NCBI RefSeq assembly: GCF_036321535.1
Contig: NC_087438.1
Coordinates: 10,232,001 to 10,296,000, forward strand
DNA length: 64,000 bases
Source: Camelus dromedarius
Lineage: Eukaryota
Direction: 5' to 3'
The translations under genes and the position numbers were made by a program. The notes below the pieces were generated by a model, which was not told the DNA's origin, ran no database searches, and saw only the letters and a program-made list of their open reading frames with translations. Positions 12,424 through 24,959 of this stretch are shown piece by piece (positions within the stretch are counted from its first letter, which is position 1; each line of letters opens with the position of its first letter).

Positions 12424-14014
12424 TCAGGAACGATCATTTTGATGCCCTGCATTCTTCTTCAGAATGTTGTTTTAGTCACAGAAAGGAATTGCCAGGGAAG
12501 GGGTCTAGATGGAGGAGTCAAAGCCTGGGTGTTACTGTGAGAAATGAAATCGTGAGGTTGGAAGCACCAATATTAGTGGGTTTTTTTAGTTGTCCAAAAA
12601 CGGTCGCAAACTGTAAATTTTAATAGTTTAAATGTGCTTATTAAAGGATTTTCCCACCTATTTCCGTATCCCTTGGGTCCGCTGTTCACTCTGTGTGCTT
12701 GAGGGCCAGCGTACTTCCTGGACCTGCGTCTGGAGTAGCAGCCGGGGCTACCCCCCACCTCCTTGGGGCGCCACGTCGCATGAGATTAAGCCACTGGGCT
12801 GCTCATATCAGGAAAGGAAGCCTTGGGGAATAGGCTGATGAGTCTAACCATCTTGTTTGGCACCAGGTACTCACTGTGCTTGAATTTGAAAACAGCAAAC
12901 ATTAATTTTTATATGTAGAAAGGTAATTATGATAATTACGAGATCAGTTCTTTAAGCAGCTGTTTTTCCCTCAAGAACAAGAACAGGGTTGGATGTCAGC
13001 AGGAGAAAGTGTTTTGCACCCTCTGGCCCTATTAACATTCCACAGAAGCAGTGATTGCTCTTTAAGTGAAGCGTTTTGTCGATTAAATGATCGGGAATGG
13101 TTTGGACGTGTTGTGCAAACAGGAAATTGCTATGTCGGCTGGACTTGTGAAGCAAGGAGCAGAGTTGATAAGATTAAGCAAAGCAAACACTTTACCTCAG
13201 AGGAGCCCGTAGGATGTCAAAATCGAGCATGTGTTTCTGAAACTCAAATTAATTCACACAGAGAAAAATTTTGCCATCTTGAGCATCGAGCAGGAAAGGT
13301 AAGCTGAGGATAAATGAAGGAAAGACCTTGTCAGCGTAGTTAGTAGAAGATAAACTTGTAAAGACAAAAACAATCAAAAATCCACAAAAACATAGCTAAT
13401 TAGAGATACCACATGTGGCTTTTGTTTGGGTCATGGAAAGGCATCTGTAGTACCAAGGGCAAAGAAAAGCAACTTACCACACAAGAAATACGGACACTTT
13501 TGTGAAGACAGCCTCTAAGAAGAGTACGCGCTTGTCTGTGGAAGAGAAGATGTGAGACCAGCGTGTGCCCCAAGGAAGGGAGCCCTGGGGGATGCACGGG
13601 GAGTTTGATTTTTAAAATATGCCTAATTTTGGTTTAGCGATTAGGTTTTTCTTCCCCCCTTAACAAGCAAAGGCAGTTTCCCAATTTCTATATGGACAGT
13701 GTTTCGGGTGGGAGTCGTGCTGTGGTGTAGGGTCATAGCGCTGACCGTGGGTCCAGATCACAGGATGGGGAGGCAGGCGGTAAAGACGTGCCCACATACA
13801 CGTGCTAGCTGCTGAGCAACATTACCTGCTGTCATCCTTAGCTTCAAAATAAAATTAATACCATTTGTTCTATTTCTTGATGGTCAAATAATATACATAT
13901 TCCAGTTGCCTGCTGTTTACTGTTAGGGCAAGCCTCAGTGGGCATTTCGTTGAATTAATGAGTGAGTAGCTGTATTCCTGCCAGGCGGAGTTTTTCAGTT
14001 TAGGGTGTGCTTTA

Positions 14015-14064
14015 GTTGACTCTAACTACATAGTTTATTGTTGACTCTAACTACATAGTTTATT
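14015..14064. repeat. Perfect 25-bp tandem duplication
   Basis: gttgactctaactacatagtttatt occurs twice head-to-tail. Confidence 0.95.
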
Positions 14065-16259
14065 TTTGCTGCACTCGTTCAAGTGGGAGGAGAGTCTGGA
14101 CGAAGTCCACAGCAGGCTGCCGTCAGACTCGTCCTCCCACTCGCTGGCGTGTCTGCCCACCTCTTGGGCTGGTGGGGCTTAGTCACCCCAACACGTCCAG
14201 TGAGGTCAGTGGGCCCTGGAAATCTGCTTTCCAGAAGTAGGCTTTCTCCCTTAGACAGGGAGACCTTCTCCTAAACAGAAGCCCCCCGCCACCCACTGCA
14301 GCCCTTTGAATGTGTGAGCATCACACCTGCTGAGTTACCTCTTGGAAAAACTCCCTTCAGGTTGGTGTTGGGCCATTAAGATTGAAAAAATGGTCGAGCA
14401 AGGCTGGCCCACTCTAGATTCTTCTTGTCCACACTTCATTCTTTATACAAAACACCTGAACTGAACGTGTGATATTCTGAGAGGTACAGAGATAAATGTG
14501 TTGACTAGCTCAAAGTTCCTTTTCTCAAGGAATTGTAATCTTGTGAGAGTCGATGGTTTAATAGTCAAATACGTTAGACCACAGCACGCTGAGATTCATG
14601 GATGCTGTTGATTGTCGCAGGGTGTCGTTTTGCCAGGATGTGAATTTGACTGTTAAGGTGGGACCAAGTGAAGGAGTGGATAAAGCTTGCCACCCTTGTC
14701 CCTGCTGTCCACCCACCTCACACGTGCATTTGGGTGGGACACATCTGGGCTGTGATGACTTGTGCACTTGTCGGGTTCCAGGGAGCTTCGTCTGTGTTCT
14801 CAAGCATCAGGGGTGCCGTGTATCAGGAAGACAAAGGCTTCTGTAACGGGTGCAAGTGACAGTTGCTGGGGCAGCGGGAAGGCCTCCAGGGGAGGCGCGG
14901 GGTTTGGGCTGGTCTTCGACAGGTGGGCAGAAGTCTGGAGGCTGAGGACTGGGCAGCAGGGGTTGCCAGGACAGCAGAGACATTAAAGGGTGGGCCTGCC
15001 TGAGAACAGCAGGTGGCCAGGGTGGGCAGAACAGGAGGCGAGGAGGCCGAGCTGGGCAGGCGTGGAAAGGTGACCCCGTGTCACAGGCTCGGGAGTTGTT
15101 TCCAAAGCTTTGGGACACCATCGAGGGGACATTGTGAACCCGAGTGCTGTGCGTGGGTGCAGGCCTGCAGGGACTGCGTGGCTGTGAGGATTGAGGGCAG
15201 GGGCATCCGCGTGGCAGCGGGCTCCCCTCGGTGCTCGTGGGTGCTCGCTAGTGGGCAAGTTAGGGGTCTCTCTTCTCTTGGTGCCCACAGCCACCCTGCA
15301 GAGTGGTTAATGCAGTTCTCCACTTTGAGATCAAACCCTGAAGGACCACGTGCCGTGCATTTGAGTTGATGCTGTGGGAGTGGATGGCGAATGCTGCGTG
15401 CGGTGGAAAGGTGGCTCTGGTTGTGGGGTGACAAGTGCAGCACGAGAGTGACACTTCAGGCGAGGAGACGGGCTCAGTCCCCCTCATGGACCTCTGTGCC
15501 ATCGGGGGGGGGGGCGTCTAGGGAATAGAAGTGAAGGTCTGCAGGGCAGCAGTCTGTGTTAACCTCTGGTGTTCCCCAAGTGTCTGGGATAGTAGATCCT
15601 TGGTGTCTGTGGACTGAATGAATGAAGAAAGTTAAGGAATTCCCTAATTCTGCTAATTAAAGATAATTTGGGGCGAAAGTCTCTTCGTGAATTCTGGAGT
15701 GGGGAGGGCTGGCCTCACGTGGGAATCGCGTCATCTAACCAGGAGATCTTCATGCAGGAACCAGGAGCTTTGACTGATGTTAGGGAGCCAGGGGTGGCCC
15801 AGAAGGAGATGGTAATTTCAGTGCATGGGAATTGTGCAAGTGTGTGAGATCCTTAAAATAGTAAAGATTTTGACCACTTGAACAGAAAGAGACGGGTTTC
15901 AGGTCTACAGAGAAGCTGTTTCACAGTTCTGCCGTGGGGCCTCGGCTTCTGGCCTCCTGCCAGTAAGAGTCACCTCCCCGCGGTGTTTGACCCAGCAGCC
16001 CCGTCCACCCTGAACCCAGCTCTTACGTGAAGGTTCCTGAACCTCGTTTGTTCTGTGCTCGTTAGCTTAAGGCAGAAGGACGGACTTTTCTCGTCCCACT
16101 CATCAGGGTCACTGTACAGGCCTCGCTGTGTAACCCTCTCCTGCTTACATTCCCATGCTCACGGTCCTGGTTGTGCCTCTCGGTAAGAACGGTTAGAAGA
16201 TTGCCGTCCTTTCTGAGAGCTTCTCATTTGGAATTAGGGAGAACTGGAGGGCGAGTGGT

Positions 16260-16425
16260 TAGGGGTTGGGAACCTGCACATTTATTTTTAGTTCACATAT
16301 ATGTACTAATTATTGTTTCTAAAAACAGATTAGATCTTTAGCTTTTAAACTTACATAGTTATCAAAGGAATAAAGCCAACCACAAAATAAGAATCAACAG
16401 AATGTGGTAATCCAATCATAAAGCA
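16260..16425. mobile_element. Possible DNA-transposon (hAT-like) fossil
   Basis: AT-rich block in GC-rich surroundings, preceded by the TIR-like aggggttgggaacct; family not identified. Confidence 0.3.
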
Positions 16426-17839
16426 GGTAGAGGCTGGCCGCTGATCTTCCTGGTGGGTTAGGGGCCAGCTTTCCTTACCTTTTGTCACAGGAACAGAGAC
16501 TGTCAGAGTAACCTTAGTAACCACAGCTTGGGAGGAGCTGACAGTTCAATGGTGAGGATGAAAGACTGGGGAAATGGACGGATCTCTTCCCTACAGCGGA
16601 TGTGGTACTGGGATGTGGGTATGTGAGCTGGCGCTGTGAGCCAGCGGGGCAGGAGCTCAGGGGACTGGGGTCAATCAGAAGTGAGCAGGGAGCTGAGGTC
16701 GTCAAGCCCACAGGGACACACGCACTGAGGAGCCGGGATGCCCAGGAGCGGGTGGAACCACGAACAAAATCCAGGCAGTCTGGGACACCCTACTGTTGAC
16801 TGCCAGCCCATTGCCAGGGTCCCCTAAGAAGACAGCGCCCAGTGACTAGCTGGACAGGGGAGACCGCACATGTGCACGTGTGTGTATGTTTGTGTGTTTC
16901 TGTCATGCAATAACTAGACGTAAGCTAAATATAACATCTGGACTCGTTTCCCAGATAACATCTTAGACATATTAAGGTTTTTCTTGGACAGTTTTGGACT
17001 ATTTTATATTTATTTACAAACCAAGAATGGGAAAAATAATTTTTTTAAGTTTAGAAAATTGTGAAAAGGATTAACTCCTGTTGGTAGATTGCTGGTTTGG
17101 TTGGCATTTGAAGGGCATATCCAAGGTGAGACTATATGAATTATAACCTGCCTGTCTTCTGTCTTCCCTCCCTCCCGTCCTAAGCTTCTTTGTTTTCCTT
17201 AAGAAATTTAATGTACTTAGGTAATTAAAACTAGGGTAATATCAGGAGAACAGATTTATATATTTTTAGAAGGTACACGGATGGATGGATAGATGAGGTA
17301 CAGGTTTAGAAGCCGCCAGCCTCTTCGTGAGCCCTTCTTCACTGATTTCACCTGTACTCCCTCCTGGCCAAGGAAGGACGCACCTGCCCCTGACCTTTCA
17401 CGCGCTCTCATGTGGGCTGAGCAGAAGTGGCTCTTGTAAAGCAGGGCGTTTGGTTCTATATCACGTGTTTGTGTAAACTGACTGAGGTTTTTTGTTCTTG
17501 TTTTAAATAGTTTCTTTTTCCCAAGTGAGCATTAGGCTTAGTATACATTGGAGTGTACTAGAAGCATTTTTAAAAAGGTATTTCTGTACTAAGAATGATT
17601 GTAGTTTTAGAATAAGCATCATTCTAATTTCGAAATACAGCGATTGAAGATATGGAGAGTTCTGGGCTCCACTGGAGAGATTAAAGAAGTGTGTGTCAGG
17701 GGAGATAATCATTGTTGTCAGGCAGCTGCGAATGCTGGACCTAGAAAGTTCCTCCTTCTTCCCTCAGTCCCCACGAGCCCACAGATGCATGTTGAATTTT
17801 GTGTTGGTTTCATTTCACTGTAAATGTCATTCCATGCAC

Positions 17840-17965
17840 ATCACAGAATTTAGAGCTAGAGGCCCTGGTGATCATGTCAGGCCAAGCCCTTCATTTTCCA
17901 GGTTAAAAAAAAATCTAGCCTCGAAAAAGTTGAGTGACTTGGCAGAAGCTGCAGGAAGCCTAGAG
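17840..17965 (-). mobile_element. MIR/MIR3 SINE core
   Basis: cacagaatttagagctagagg...cccttcattttccagg...gttgagtgacttggcagaag. Confidence 0.55.
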
Positions 17966-20900
17966 GTTTAACTGCTTCACTGCCTGTGACCTGAGGAGGA
18001 TGCTTCACTTCTGAGCTAATCAAAGAGTGAGGCTGACATCTTCCTTAAGGCAGACTATTTAAGTGGGGCTTCTCAGGCTGGGGGAAGGGGCTTCCGTGGA
18101 AGCTGCAGTGCCCATCACTGCGGCTACTAAGGAGATTTTTGTTATTTCTTCCCATTCACTGTTGACATTCACCTTAGGAGTGGATGAGGGAATGTAAGGG
18201 AGAGGGCGCTGATTTCTGGCCCTGGCATCTCTTCACCGCTGCCACTGCCTCCTTGTCTATGAGCAGCTGAGGGGATAGCTGGGCCCCCACTGGATGAGGA
18301 AGAGCATGATTGGTTTCAGGAGTAAAATGCACTCTGAGCATTAGGAAAAAAAGTCTCAGGCAGGCTAAGGTAGCGTGAGTATGTGGATTCCTTCATTTCT
18401 GATTTTTAACTTTGTGTTTAAATGTCCTTAACAGCATAATACTGGATATCCATCTCAGGCATTGCTGAGTCCCAGCCTCTAGTAAAAGGCACATTGTCTA
18501 AGAGCAGACCTCCTTTTTGATCTCCCATGTAAGTTTAGCAAATTTCAAGTGATGTCCCTTAGTTGTTCAGTCATTCTTTGTTATAATCACCAAAATACCA
18601 TTCATTGATTTGATAATCAGAGAAGCTCTGTCTCAGTGCATTTTTCAGGAGCACTTATTTAAAAGCAGAACTAGAAACACAGTATGTCCATTTCTAGATT
18701 GGCATCCACAATGGTTTAAATAACAGCCACCGAGTTGAACAAGGAAGAAACTAAGTGAAACTAGGTTAATGTGGGTTTCATAGGGAAGGTAGGGTAAGGC
18801 AGGGGGAAAATTCGTATTTTGCATCTGGAAAATCTGATTTTATATAAAAAAGAACAAATTCAGAATATTTTAGAATTACCTTCTTTTTCATTTGCTTCAT
18901 CTAATTGTAGTTTTTTAAACTAAGTACAGAATCAGAAAAGCTAGTTGTTTTATTTCTTGTGCTTGAAATATGACTGAGAGGGAGGGGACTCTCATTATTA
19001 CGACTGGAAACACTTGTTCCCTGTGCTTTGTCTCTTGAACATAGTAGCTAAAATGGACAGATGGCTGTGTGTTTTCCCTGAACGTTCTCTGCTTTCAGAG
19101 TTCCCAGGAAAAAGAGACCAGCTCAATGTGCTCTTGGTGGGTTTATGTCAGAGGACTTGTGTCGTTTTCATAAACAGTAAATCCTAGTGCTGGAACTCCA
19201 TACAATACTACAGTCCGTGCTGTGACACAGTGTGATGGTGGATAAAGGCATGTGTTTGGAGTTGAGAAGTTCTGCATTTGAATCTTTTTTCTAGGTGTTC
19301 TTTCTTGGGCACTTAACTTTTCTGAGCCTCCATTTCTTGCTCAATAGAGATAATAAAAATTTTCATTCTTTTTTCTACTTTCTTGGGGAGAAATGTTTTT
19401 TGGAATTAAGAATTTGTCAAAGTTGAGAAAGATAACAGAGCAGATGCACTGTGATATGTAATACTGTAGGGGGATCTGAGAGCCGCCGCCGCCCCCACCC
19501 CCCCCCAACGATCAAGTGCATGGAGATTTCTGCAGCCAGATGTACAGGAACTCACACTAAAGGGATCGATAAAGACTATTAATAGCCTCAGGTCAGGTCT
19601 TTACTGCCAATTAATTTTTGTGACCAAGTCTTGAAAAAATATTTGGAATTTCAGAGCTGTTTTAGCTTTTTGTGAAAAAGCAGTTATGAACCTGTATTGC
19701 GCTCCCAAGCACAGCACAGAATGATCTCTCAGTAAGTGATGCTGGAGACAGTGACGTGGTGCATGGTGGTGTTCTAGTACATACTTGAAGTAAACAGCTG
19801 TGTATTTTCAAGGAAAAATGTCATTATGTTGTTCTGTACATTGTGTGTTGCTGAAATGGAGGTCCTTGAGAATGAGTCTCCCATTTGACTAGGGTTTAGT
19901 ATTTAGTCATAAGTTCTTAAATAGTGATTACTTAGAAATATTAATCCACAAAACATAGTGAAAATTAGGTAGTGGGGGCTGATGACAGAAAATTACTTTA
20001 GAGACAGGTTGCACGGGATGGCCAGGCCCTTCCTCGTGATGGAGGTGGAAGGCGCCAGTGGCCAGTTCCTGAGGTGTTTGGTCCTGGTGTGGTTGTGTGT
20101 GCTGGCTCACCTACCCCCCGTTTTGCTGTCTGTCATAATAGTGTCACTTCATCAGGGTGTTTTACGCAATAGCCTCAACTGTTCTGAAGCAGAAACAGCT
20201 CTTTCCTTCCAGACCTCCGCGTGCTGCCTGTATGCCTGTCGTGCCTGGTGAGGAAGAGAGGCCGCGTAGACTGGAGGTTCAGAGGATGGACCTTGCTTCC
20301 GGGCCCAGGTCCACAGACTGGCTCTTCCCCATGGTGGCCGAGGGTCCTTGGCCCTGTGTCTTCATCTGTGGCCCAGGGTCATGATGCGGCCCCCAGCCCA
20401 GCTCTCTGTGAGGACTGATGGTGTAGGTCCTAGCCTGCCTCAGTGGCCAGGGCTCAGGCAGACTGCAGTTTCCAGTGAAGAAATGAGCAGATCAGACATG
20501 CCATCATCATGCTCACTCTTGCAATTACGTGACAAATGGGGAGTGAAACTCAACAACCTGTGAGGTTTCCTGACATTTTGCCTTAGCTGCTGAGATGGTT
20601 ATCTGTGTTTAAAGTGTTGGTGGCTCGCTTTGGAATGACCTTGATCTTGGGGCGATCTTGGTGCCCATTAGAAGGCGCTGGTGTACAGAGGACCAGGCTT
20701 GTCTCACTTCCTCTGAGCAGGGAGGAGGTGACGTTGGCCCTCCAGCCCTGCTCCTGCCTGACAACCAGGTAGCCTGCGGGGAGGACCGGCTTTTGCCCTT
20801 CTCCTCGAGCCAGCAGCAGAGCAGCAGGTCCTGGGCTGGGCTGGTTGTTCTGTGGCTGGAGGTCACAAGGCAGGGAGGTGACAGCTGCCACCACCGCTGA

Positions 20901-22829
20901 GGTCGGGAGGGGGCCAGCCGGACTAGCTGGATGGAGCCCCTGATGTGCAGATATTTTTCTGTTCTAAATGGAAAGAGTCCACAAGCTTGCCTTTCAAATG
21001 CTCCTTGGACAGGTGTAGTCGTTCAGGATTCCTTGGCAGTCGGGGGAATGTTCTCAGACTTAAGAGAAGCAGAAGCCTCGTGGGCAAGTTTGGTTTTGAA
21101 TATGAGCTCGATTTCATAATTGTCTGCTACTGTTTTTAAACAGCGCTTGGAATTTGTACACTCTTCTTTGAACTACTTTCTTGTTTGTTGAGATTTCACC
21201 TGGTATTTACAATTCTGTCTAAAGGAACCACTAATAAAACAAAAATCGTAACCCTTTTGTAACCCTCAGTGGTTGGTTCATAATAGCTTTTATTTCTTCT
21301 GCTTCCTGAAGCACTTTTCTTAGGCTTAAAAAACAAAGTTTTATTTTTTCAGAAAGACTGTATTTTGCTTCCTCTAGCACTTTCTACCAAATAGTGTTTA
21401 CTTTTTACTTTTTGAAGTTGTGCCCTTACTTCAAGGCTGTATTGAGACTTGAAGGAGACGTGAGGGCAAGTATCAGTAATCACTATCAGTAGTCATCAGG
21501 TTTGCTGTTTACCAAACCTTGTTTTTTTTCTTTTTAAGGTATTGTTGAGGAATATATAGAATATGCTATAGTTGTAGTTAAAAGGAGGTCTCCCAGCCCC
21601 TTCACGCAGATCTGATAGCATACATGTAACTTAGACACCTCTCAGCTCTTTTCAGGCTTAATGTAGTTGGTCCTTGTCTTCCGCCTGGTACTGGCCTCCT
21701 GCCTGGAGGCACATTCGGTTAACTGTATCCATTCTTCGAAGTTGAGACATCTTAAAGCTGTCATTGGGCATTTCTCTAGAAGTGAAACGGGACCTGTGTT
21801 TTATAATAGGCACTAAGAGACTGACCCACAAACAGCTCAGCAGTTGGATGTCAGCCTAGACGTCAGGTGGTGAACGTGATTATTTACTAATGGTAGTATG
21901 GAAGATCTCTCTTTCTCTCTTTTTAATCTCAAGAAAGAAAAATAATGTACTAAATGCACTGGTTAAAAAGCAATGGAATATCCATAACCTGTGCTGTCAA
22001 AGCACTTAATGTTAGATGGAAGTCCCCATGGGTTATGGTTATGGTTTATGGATGAGGGGTCATGGGTGGGGGCTGTGGTTTATGGGTGAGGGGTTATGAT
22101 TTATGGGTGGGGTTGGCTCACATGCTGTACTCACCATGTGGGGACAGTAAGGTGCTTAATGTAGATTTCATTGAAAACTCACAGCCCTCCACCATTATTG
22201 TCACCACTGAGCAGGTAGGAAGCTGCAGCTCAGAAAGGATGCTGGATGTCTGTGGTGCAGGGGGCTAGAAATGAAGGGTTAACGAGGGAGTTTTTGGGAG
22301 GACTGGGAGGCTGAGGTGACTGACAATACACATGGATCTAGTAGGAATTACTCTGTGACCCCGGCTGACTAGCAGAATGGCAGTGTGACCCCAGGTGACT
22401 AGCAGAGTGGTGGTGGTGACAGAGCGATTCAGAGATGAACTGTAGGAATAAGGTAAACGTATACCTTTAGCCTGAACACCCGCCCAGGGCCAGACTTCTA
22501 TACCTGCCCGACCCTCCCACATGTGCACACATGTGCACACACTCACACACACCTCTGCTCATGCTACAGGGGTGTTTACAGAGGATTCCCAGAGATTTAG
22601 TCAGGTTCACGAGCCACTTTATTTAAATATGCTGCTAACTTTGCTAAACCCTGTGGAAAAAGGACCCTCTGGAGCAGAGGGGGACAAATTGAGGTGGACA
22701 GCAGGCTCTGGCCCTACCAGCTGCCTCTTTTTTCCCTGGATATCTGTCAGCACAGCTGATCTCTCTGCAGTGCGGGTAACAAAGGGCACAGGATCCTTTT
22801 TGTAGCAATGAACCTCACATTAAGGCCCC

Positions 22830-23010
22830 TTTTGTTTATTTTTTTTTTAACTGAAATAGTTGACAGGCAATATTATGTTACTGTCAGATGTACTAAATAG
22901 TGATTTGACATTTGCATATGTTATGAAATGATCACCATGACAAATTTAGTATCCATCTGTCCCCATACAAAGTTACTACTGTGTTCACCATGCTGTAAGT
23001 TACACCCCCC
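22830..23010 (-). mobile_element. L1 3'-end fragment (L1MA-like)
   Basis: T-tail then tgaaatagttgac...atagtgatttgacatttgcatat...tgaaatgatcaccatgac. Confidence 0.75.
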
Positions 23011-24084
23011 ACCCTGAGGCCTCTGTGATTTTGCTGTTAGTGGAGCGCTGTGACTGGTCCACTTCCAGGCTGCCCTCTAGACCACGGTCCTAGCTGTAAG
23101 GCCTCAGTGGGTTCTTTAGTCCAGGATCGGTTTGCTCGGTAGGCTTAGTTACCATGGTTACTAATTACAGAGTGCGAGGCAGCCTTCAGTACTTCGCAGC
23201 ACATTAACGAATGTCTTCAGATACTTAACATACATCTTCAGATACTTAAATAATTTCTTTTAGTGTAAGTTTTATCTACAGATGTCACTGGCTTAGTTTT
23301 TTGCTGTTACGTACTCTCCAGCAGAAAGAGACAAAATGTATGTTTGATGTAGTGTAAATATTTTGTTTGATGTTGTCAGTGCTTTGCGATTTCTCAAGTA
23401 AAATAGCCAATGAACTGCTTAGTCCCACTATGAACTTAAAAACATCAGGTCACCCTACTTTACTTTTACTCTTTTTCTTTAGTAGATTTCAACTAACAAG
23501 AACTTGTAAGTAATTAAATTCATGGAATGTTTAGCTTTCACAACAGCTTGGTTTGTAGAATAAATTATCCTTAAAGACATAGACAGAGGCATTTAAGTGT
23601 TTTGTTTTCTTGGGTTTTACTTATATGTTTTGAATCTTATAAAGAAGAGACAGAAAAACATTAACTCTGTAGTTAAACTTGAACTGCCTGAGTTGTGAAG
23701 CTTTGAACCATATAAAAATGTTAAGTTAAATTGGTCCTCTGTGGCTTGCTAACTACTGTCTTATACAAAAGCCAGGCCGTGTTGGTGGCTTAGTCATGCA
23801 TTAGATGAAGTGAGATTTAATTTAATCATCATTGCATGTAACATTTATATGCACACAGATTTGCGCTGTTGAAGTAAGAGCTGATTAAAATCATGGTGGG
23901 AAAGCTGGCAGATCTAATTCTTAACCTGTTAAACTAGTGTCCCATTGCTCACAATTTTGTTTTCTCCTTTGCTTCTTGTTTCTTACAGAGCTTTGGTAAC
24001 AGAATGCATCTTCCACGGTTAGTCCTAAACACTGAACAAGGCGGCCGTTGTTTTTATGGCATCTGTGTCTGTGTTTCCTTGTAG

Positions 24085-24207
24085 GTACTGGACTGGATTG
24101 AGAACCACGGAGAAGCATTTCTGAGCAAACATACAGGTGTGGGGAAGTCTCTTCATCGGGCCCGAGCTTTGCAGAAACGTCATGAAGATTTCGAGGAAGT
24201 AGCACAG
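24085..24207 (+). CDS. TRIO: TRIO coding exon C (123 nt; VLDWIENHGEAFLSKHTGVGKSLHRARALQKRHEDFEEVAQ)
   Basis: Absent from the ORF track and translated by hand; acceptor tgtttccttgtag|GTA, donor CAG|gtaaaa; contains the spectrin-repeat Trp motif; phase 0/0. Confidence 0.95.
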
Positions 24208-24629
24208 GTAAAACGATGGCTTGTACTGTCTTTTCCCATAAACACTTACGTGGTTAGTTTTGAATTACAGTTTTAACACCATCTGAGATGAGTTAGCCGT
24301 AGCCAGCAGTGTTCGAAGGTGATTCAGAAATGATGCCTGAATTTCAGAGTGCAGTTGTCAGTGTCTGGGCAGAAAGATGGTTTAGTCCATTGACCTTTTT
24401 GTGAAATGTGATGTTCTTGAACCTGAAAAATGTCTTAGATGTTTTTGCCATATTTATTGTACCAGTGTCTATTGACTAGCTTGTGAAATTCCAATTCATG
24501 GTCAGAAATTAACAGTCCTTCTTGCATTTCTATAACGATGGACTAGCATGACTTGTCCCTTTGTTATTTCTTTTTTAAAAGATGTGCTTCGAAACAGGAG
24601 GTAGGGGTGGTGGTATATTCAGAGCCTGG

Positions 24630-24800
24630 AGTTTGTGGAGTTCCAATATTGTCTGTAATGCTAACCAGCTGTGTGACTTTGGAAAAATTTCTTAACCTTC
24701 CTGAGGTTTAACTTTTTCATCTGAAAAATAGGCACAGTGAGGGCTGCTTGAGAGAAGCAAAGTATGTGTGTGTGGTTGCATCATGTAAGGTACCCAGACC
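24630..24800 (+). mobile_element. MIR SINE
   Basis: ctaaccagctgtgtgactttggaaaaatttcttaaccttcctgagg...ttttcatctgaaaaatagg is the MIR core. Confidence 0.65.
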
Positions 24801-24959
24801 AGGGCTTTCCACAACTCACTGCTGTTTGGTAAATGTGCCTTTCATTTTGTTTTGTGTTTTTGTGTTTTGAAAGAAAGATGAGTGAAGGAGGGAGCAATGA
24901 CCATAACATGAGAGAGATATATATATGGAAGCTATAGGAGGTAGGGTAAAAGTTCTTTT

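Noticed and set aside
17480..17530. Branch-point-like ctgac, pyrimidine tract, AG and nearby gtgagc
   Set aside because: Boundaries are ambiguous (a 14-nt all-but-pyrimidine unit); cannot be told from chance without RNA data.
22030..22410. Short degenerate direct repeats (ggttatgg-rich tract and a ~30-bp near-duplicate)
   Set aside because: Low-complexity or simple duplications with no repeat-spacer architecture, so not CRISPR-like.
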